45,880 nt of DNA from Nemertoderma westbladi (Eukaryota > Animalia > Xenacoelomorpha), in the NCBI GenBank assembly GCA_032718475.1, contig JAUCBJ010000926.1:1-45880 (forward strand). The letters run 5' to 3'. Under the pieces are notes generated by a model, which made no database searches, was not told the origin of the DNA, and was given only the letters and a program-made list of their open reading frames with translations. Below, one piece after another: positions 39,824-45,880 of this stretch. Every line of letters starts with the position of its first letter. Position 1 is the stretch's first letter. A program made the translations under genes and the position numbers.

Positions 39824-40362
39824 CTTATTTTATTATAGTTTTAGTAACAGTATTTTAATATTTATATTATATTATTATTTATTTTACGGAAATTTGTGCT
39901 TCAATTGATTAATTTTACTAAGCTCCATATGTTGGAATAAAGAAGTCAATGATCATAAACAAAATATTCCAGATTATGATGCATTTATTAAATAGAATAA
40001 AATAGCCTCGCGCAGGTGCATAACCATGCAACATTTGAACGCCCATATCTCAGCTATTTTTTAACGAAATTCAAATTGTGTTACATATTTGGAATGTACC
40101 AACAAACAGGTATAAGGTAGAAGAATAACTGCGGTGTAACTGGTGTAATATAGACGGAGACACTTTTTTCAACGCTTGTAGCTAAAGATTGAAAGCAAAA
40201 ATAAAAATTCTGGCTCACCCAGTCTGTGGTCGGGAGGTGAAACTATCTCAGTATCTCTTGTTTCAAATTTCATGCAATCTGATTAAGATTTGTAGAAAAA
40301 TTAGGGAGGGGGGGGGGGGGGGGGTGTCACTGAATTACGACACTATATTCTGGGACATGGTG

Positions 40363-40496
40363 TATAGACTGTGTATTTGTGTTTTATAATTTAGATATAG
40401 ATCGTGTATTTGTGTTTTATAATTTAGATATAGATCGTGTATTTGTGTTTTATAATTTAGATATAGATCGTGTATTTGAGTTTTATAATTTAGATT
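40363..40496. repeat. 33-bp minisatellite, ~4 copies
   Basis: Unit atagatcgtgtatttgtgttttataatttagat. Confidence 0.9.
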
Positions 40497-40841
40497 GTGG
40501 GCGACCCAATTTATCAGAAATATTAAAATTAATTTGATTTCAATGTTTCAGCAAAATAATTTAGCTAATTCTAAGGAATCACAATAAATTTTTAATAGTA
40601 TATATATATTTATTAACTATTTCTTTTACAAAAAGTAAGTATAATTTTGTCCACATTTTTTAAAGGTTCTTTCTATAGGCTCCCCATAGATTCTAAAGAG
40701 AGTACCAATTCAGCACTGTGGAATGCCAGACCCAGACAAAACCGTCCCAAATAACTCGGACAGTCACACACTACAGTTGAGTATTATTAATAAACCGGCG
40801 ACGGTTACTGCTCAGGTCAACATGTCTGTTCAAACCTGTAG

Positions 40842-40855
40842 GTTGCCATAGCAAC
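40842..40855. promoter_or_regulatory. RFX X-box-like motif
   Basis: GTTGCCATAGCAAC matches the X-box consensus; function unproven. Confidence 0.3.
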
Positions 40856-41293
40856 ACAAAGTCGTGCACAATAAACAACCTGATTTTCAAGGATAGTATC
40901 CTTATCGAAGCAACATACCTTCATCAGTAACATAATAATAGATTCAGATAGAAACTGGATTGAAAACTAAAGGTTTGGATTTAATGCTTTTTTTATTAAT
41001 GCTAATTTAATAATTTAACGCCAAATGTGTCTTTATTTTCAATTAAAATAATGAAATGAAAACTAAACAATAAATAAATAATTATCGCTAATTCAGATTT
41101 TAAAAATAAATCGTGGTTTTTACGTCACCACCAGTGGAACATGGAACCACAAAGACAATATTGTAGGAAGTCCGTAAAATTATCAGTTAATGTAAAAATA
41201 AACGTCTTGAGACTCAACTTATAAAACCATTTATCTTCTCCATCTTGTCGCCTCTCAGCACTCCACTCCCAATATTGCCTGCGTCTACAACAA

Positions 41294-42270
41294 CTACTTT
41301 TCCTCATTCTTCTCACGAAGAACCGCCAGGGTTATTTTTTTCCTCCCAATACTAACGACCACACTGACAACTCTAAGAAACTCCAGTAGACCCCCTATGG
41401 CGCCCATAATCACGGCGACTAGTAGCAACCTGGTGGAGGAGGGGGAGAGACCCACCACGAACCCGACGAGAGTGCGATCCAACGTGGTGCGAACCGCGTC
41501 GGCGGCGGGACACCGGCCGTCCGCCGCCAACATATTGAGTTCGCCGACGATGTTGTCGGTGTCGAGGAGTACCGATATGACAGAGTGGAGGTCGCAGTCC
41601 ACAGCGGGCCGGGATGGTGGGGAGTGGAGCGGTGGGTGGCCGGCGCGTCCAGCCACACTTGGGTCCGCAAAGAGCGGCGGACGGATGGACTCCGTCGGTA
41701 GACCGTCCGTCGGCACGTTGCTACCGGAGTTAACCAACCCGTTGATGTAGTGGAACTGGACGCCGTCGACGGTAAAGTGGAGCGACGAGTCGACGAGACG
41801 GTCGCAGTCGACTCGGTGCGACCGAACCAGACTCAACGAACCGTCCGGCAACAACTGACTCACAACGTCGCTGTCATGGTGACGGTGACTCACCAAGGGT
41901 CGGTTGTGACAGACCCCCTGGTACCTGAGGGCCTGCAGCACCGTGTAGTTGGCGACCTCGGCACACACTACCACCCCAACGAGGTCTCCGAATGAAACCC
42001 CTTTGAATCCGGGCCCCTCTGTCATACGGAAGTAGCGAGTTGGCAGCTTACTGGCCAGCGGTTTCCACACCAGATGTTCTCCCTCTTGCCGTCTACAACC
42101 CTGGTCTAAGATTTCCGCTTGAATCTTTTTAACCTGTAATATCATCTCCTCCCCGATATCCTCCACATTACCACCATCGCTTTCTTTGACTTCTCTTACA
42201 AACTCAACTTTATCTTTTCCACCAGTTTTAGGAACTCGGAACACAAGAACACCATCGGTAACCAGCCAAC
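41294..42270 (-). CDS. Class III (herpes gB-like) viral-fusogen-like glycoprotein, exon 2 (core helix, domain IV-like region, TM anchor, basic tail)
   Basis: GCRRQEGEHLVWKPLASKLP...GDLVGVVVCAEV...GVCHNRPLVS...VVSQLLPDGSLSLVRSHRVDC parallels herpes gB WCELQN..LW.E..KLNP...GDVMAVSTCVPV...GACYSRPLVS...GQLGENNELRL..D..EPC; hydrophobic C-terminal segment followed by RKK. Confidence 0.75.
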
Positions 42271-42274
42271 CTAC

Positions 42275-42684
42275 GATGGTACTAAAATATCCGCCCAAAT
42301 TTCAATCAACTTTCTAATGATATTTTCCTTTATTAAATTTTCTATATTCCGGAGGGACAAAATCACATTAAATGGCCAAATTTAACTTGTAATATTACCA
42401 AAAATTAATAGCTGAAAATGGCCGGTATTTCCGGTAAAAAACAAGAAAATTTGTTTTTAAAAAAATATTATCTAACAATTATTTGCTCTAGAACAATATT
42501 TTATAACAAAATTAAAATAAAATATATGTTCCAGAACATTTTCAAAAAACCAAGTAATAAAAACTACCAAGTATACAAAATTTGGAAGGTGTGCCCAAAA
42601 TGGATTAATGGGGTGTTAATGGGGTACCATTAATGCCAAACTGATACATTTCTTTAGAAATTTGGCGGCTAAATTAGTACCATC
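42275..42684. mobile_element. 410-bp TIR element nearly coincident with the intron 42271-42680 (introner-like)
   Basis: Left end GATGGTACTAAAATATCCGCCCAAATTTC versus reverse complement of right end GATGGTACTAATTTAGCCGCCAAATTTC (25/29 identical). Confidence 0.7.
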
Positions 42685-43524
42685 TTCATCTTCCTGTATG
42701 CCGTCCGTCTCCTTAGCAACGTACTCGGTGACGTTATAGGCCTCGACGCCCAACGCGGGAACTCTCAGCACCGATACGTTCCCTCCATCGCTAACGACTT
42801 CGGCGAGGAACGTTGAGGAACGCAACGGAACGAACCCGGATGGCAACGGACCCGGCTCCTCCCAGACGACCACGGTCCCGTTGGCCTGGAGACGGCAGAA
42901 CAGCTGGTCGGGCCGGCCGCAACGCGTCGAGGGACCCCAGGGGGTCGTCAGGGACCACCCCCGCTGCCCGGCCGTCGGGGGCAGGAAGAAACACTCCGCG
43001 GTCTCCAGACGGCACCCTGTCGCTATGGTAACGCATGTCTCCGTCCCGTTCGGACACTTTGTGGTGTTGCTAAGCGACCGAGACGCAATGATTCCACCAC
43101 CGGCAGTCCCCATGACCCCGTCGTCGCCCTCTACCGGAGCCTCAGTGCATTGCTTATCACGAACCCAAGTCTTACAGTCCGAGACACTCACATTGTACCC
43201 AATGGAGTGACTCATCTCGGTAACCATGGCTACCCGACCATAGAAGGCGGACCAGAAGGAGTCTGCAACGGGTAGGGCGCGACGCTCACGACGCCAGCGG
43301 TCGTAGAAACAGGCGGTGGCGACGAAACGGAAAGGAACAGGGTTCCGCTGGTAGACAGTAACGTTCCGTAGCTTTATATCTACGGAGGGGGCGGGAGGGG
43401 GGCATGGGGGGCGGTCGGCCAGACGGTAGAAGCGGTTGGGGGGCGAATCGTCCACACACAGGTATAGACTAGCGGAGGCGTAGCAGACAGAAAGACAGAC
43501 GCAGATAAACGCAGTTGAAACCAT
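42681..43524 (-). CDS. Class III viral-fusogen-like glycoprotein, exon 1 (signal peptide, Cys-rich ectodomain)
   Basis: Signal peptide MVSTAFICVCLSVCYASA, many Cys, several N-x-S/T sites, candidate fusion loop SFWSAFYG. Phase-1 donor GATG|GTACT joins cgtag|GT TGG in frame. Confidence 0.7.
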
Positions 43525-43706
43525 CGCAGTTAGTTAAACACTCCGTGGCAATAAGTATTAGCTACACAGACACAACGTTCTAGAACTCCAATTAATTTAG
43601 AAACTAGAATTTGTTTTTAATTCACCGGGTAAGAATTAGATTTATTGTATTGTACAGGTAATAATATTATATTACGGTATTTAAAGTTAAGGTTTAATTC
43701 GGCTAG

Positions 43707-44264
43707 AGTTCCGTTTGCAGTCGCATTTGATATTTTGATATTAATTAATGAAATGATATACTTTTTGCACAAAGTGTCACTAACTTCGTTGCTAATCGGC
43801 AGATTGTAATTTTACAAAACATGATTTATTATACAAACATTTTTTTGAAATTTCTAAAAATACTGTAATTTTTTGTGTTCTAGAACATTAGTAGATATGT
43901 ATTTTTATGGTAGTTAGTGTTTTTTTACTAGCTAGTACCTTTTATAATTATAAAAAATGTAAAACATTAATATTTCATGTTTAAACTGTTGCAGAATATA
44001 TTAATGAACAAAAATATTGATGATTTTATAGCAGTTTATACTTTTTGCGTGGTAACAATGATTTATGTTATAAAAAATGTAGTTTTTTTTTAAATTACTA
44101 TCCATTTTAAATTTGAAATATGACTATATGTTCTAGAACATTGTATTTTTAATTTTATTTATGTTCTAGAACAGTGTATAATAATAATATTTTGTTCTAG
44201 AATTCTACAATATTGCTATGGTAACAATGATTTATATTATAAAAATGCGACTGCATACGGAACT
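43707..44264. mobile_element. AT-rich MITE, same family as 32165-32755
   Basis: Inverted ends agttccgtttgcagtcgcattt and aaatgcgactgcatacggaact; internal gttctagaac repeats. Confidence 0.65.
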
Positions 44265-44449
44265 GTTCCCAAAAATTCATTATTGTGAAATATAATACAT
44301 TTTTTTAAGGGGGGGGGGGGGGGGTCAAAAAAGTAGATTTTTCAATTACAATCTCCTCTGGTGCAATTTTTATGAGGATTTCAAAACTTCCCGTTTGTTA
44401 TTAGCTAATGTAGTTCAAAGTTAAGTGTCATTAAAAATGGTAGGCCTAA

Positions 44450-44810
44450 CTATTACGTCTTTCTGTCAGTCTGTCCGTCCAACAATCTGTCTGACAAAAT
44501 AAGGATATCATCCATCAGGCTAAACCTTTTTTGTTGTGGTTTTCCTGGTCGCTGATTTCAATTCCGACGTCAGTTTTCTCTTTTAACCAAACCTACTTAC
44601 TACCTGTATGTCTGTCTGTCGGTTTTTCTGTCTGTCCAGCGATCTGTATGTCAAAGTAATAGGAATGCATACCAACTAGCTAAAGATTTTGTTACGAGGG
44701 TTTAATGGGCGGTGATTTCGTTTCCGATGTCAGTGTTAAAATGTGACGTCATCCACATTGTCTGTTTGTCTGTTCTGCTGTCGGTGATATTTTGACGGAC
44801 AGACAGACCC
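44450..44810. repeat. Interspersed repeat related to 1630-2060
   Basis: gatttcaattccgacgtcagt, gatttcgtttccgatgtcagt and ctgtctgtc motifs. Confidence 0.45.
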
Positions 44811-45210
44811 CGTGTCACAGACCATGGAGAAACATACAAATGCTTATCAGTCATTTCTCAAATGCGTAGAAATAAACATATAAAAACGTGCCTGGCGTTT
44901 ATATGTTTGTTGTATGTTGCTTCTGTGTTATTTATAAATTTTGTATATTTTCCATGTTTACTTAGTAGATTTTGCAAGTAACCTTTAAAAGTTTATAAAT
45001 TTAACTATGGCGCCACACATCTAATTTGATTGGCTAATATGTTTAATGGCGATTTGTGTGTAAGCATACTGTAATTTAGGAAATTTTGTATGTTTTGTAA
45101 ACTATTTGTATATTTTTATGTGGTTCCAAACAGCCAACGATTTGATTGGATGAAATTAGTAAACACGACTGGGACGAGTCATGAAGTTAGGTAACCTCTT
45201 GGGAGAACTA

Positions 45211-45302
45211 GGACAATTGCCCCCGGACAATGCCTCCCGGACAATTGCCCCCGGAAATTGCCCGGCAATTGCCCCGGCAATTGCCCCCGCACAATTACCC
45301 CT
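45211..45302. repeat. Short 11-14-bp tandem repeat
   Basis: ggacaattgcccc, ~7 copies. Confidence 0.8.
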
Positions 45303-45880
45303 CGATATTTTATTTAATGAATATATTTTAAATCTTGAAATCCTTTGAATGTTATCCTATAGTTTTATGAAATTCAAGTAATATTAAACTTATCAACACT
45401 TCTAAACTTTAAATTTTTTATGTTTTTTTGAAAAATACAATATTTTTTCTTGCACAATATGATTTGACCACCATTTCTAAATTTAATAGTTTTAAGGGGG
45501 TTTTAAAAATATGCACGATTTTTTTTCTATAACAATTTGATTGTCTTTATGCTATAGCTATAATTTTATTATGACGTAATTTAATGGCTTCAGCGCGTTC
45601 ACATTTTATTTTTATTGTAGTAATGAAATACTTCAGTTGGAAAATATCGAAATTATTGAGCACATAAATTGGGACTTTGTTCCAATTCTCATATTGTGAA
45701 ATGTATTCCTTTTTTGCGAATCACTTTTCTAAACTTGCGAACTTTGTTCTTAGATTTATCAGTGTTAGCAGAACCATAGTTTCACAAATTTTCGAGAAGT
45801 GAACAGTATGGCCCCGTGTCTCAAACAATGCATGTGAACCTTATTTTTAATTTTATATAATTTTTTGAAATAATTTGTGA

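Larger units (their letters stand above)
34651..39945 (+). mobile_element. Non-LTR retrotransposon (APE-RT LINE), probably 5'-truncated; clade not determined
   Basis: Intact RT ORF, short AT-rich 3' UTR with AATAAA at ~39936; no clear TSD seen, so boundaries are approximate. Confidence 0.8.
34177..40362. mobile_element. Tc1/mariner-like non-autonomous element with ~400-bp TIRs (34177-~34585 and ~39957-40362), interrupted by a LINE
   Basis: TA|CACCATGTCCCAGAATATAGTG...CACTATATTCTGGGACATGGTG|TA. Removing it restores the satellite motif catgtagaTAtagact. Mirror ORFs MKAKIKILA... on both strands confirm the long inverted repeat. Confidence 0.85.

Noticed and set aside
40770-40835. Possible extra minus-strand exon after tacag (LNRHVDLSSNRRRFINNTQL-stop)
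   Set aside because: No similarity to UTX and no compatible upstream donor identified.
41397-43210. Plus-strand and alternate-frame ORFs overlapping the glycoprotein gene
   Set aside because: Shadow ORFs of GC-rich coding sequence.

Overview
AT-rich animal (probably invertebrate) genomic DNA. The minus strand carries the 3' part of a KDM6A/UTX-type JmjC H3K27 demethylase gene. Nine exons between 31576 and 13055 splice together in frame at GT-AG boundaries, and there may be a tiny terminal exon near 2877. About 24 kb of its introns are tandem satellites. Four of these arrays are built from the neighbouring exon/intron junction itself (two donor-derived, two acceptor-derived), giving hundreds of decoy splice sites. 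Upstream, a TA-flanked long-TIR (Tc1/mariner-like) MITE contains an intact APE-RT non-LTR retrotransposon, whose frame extends through about 75 Pro/Thr decapeptide repeats and a zinc finger. Beyond that is a two-exon gene of about 606 aa for a class III (herpes gB-like) viral-fusogen-like membrane glycoprotein. Its single 410-bp intron almost exactly coincides with a 410-bp TIR element (introner-like). Most ORFs in the supplied track between 13.7 and 28.2 kb are repeat artefacts. All homology calls are from motif recognition by eye, not database searches.
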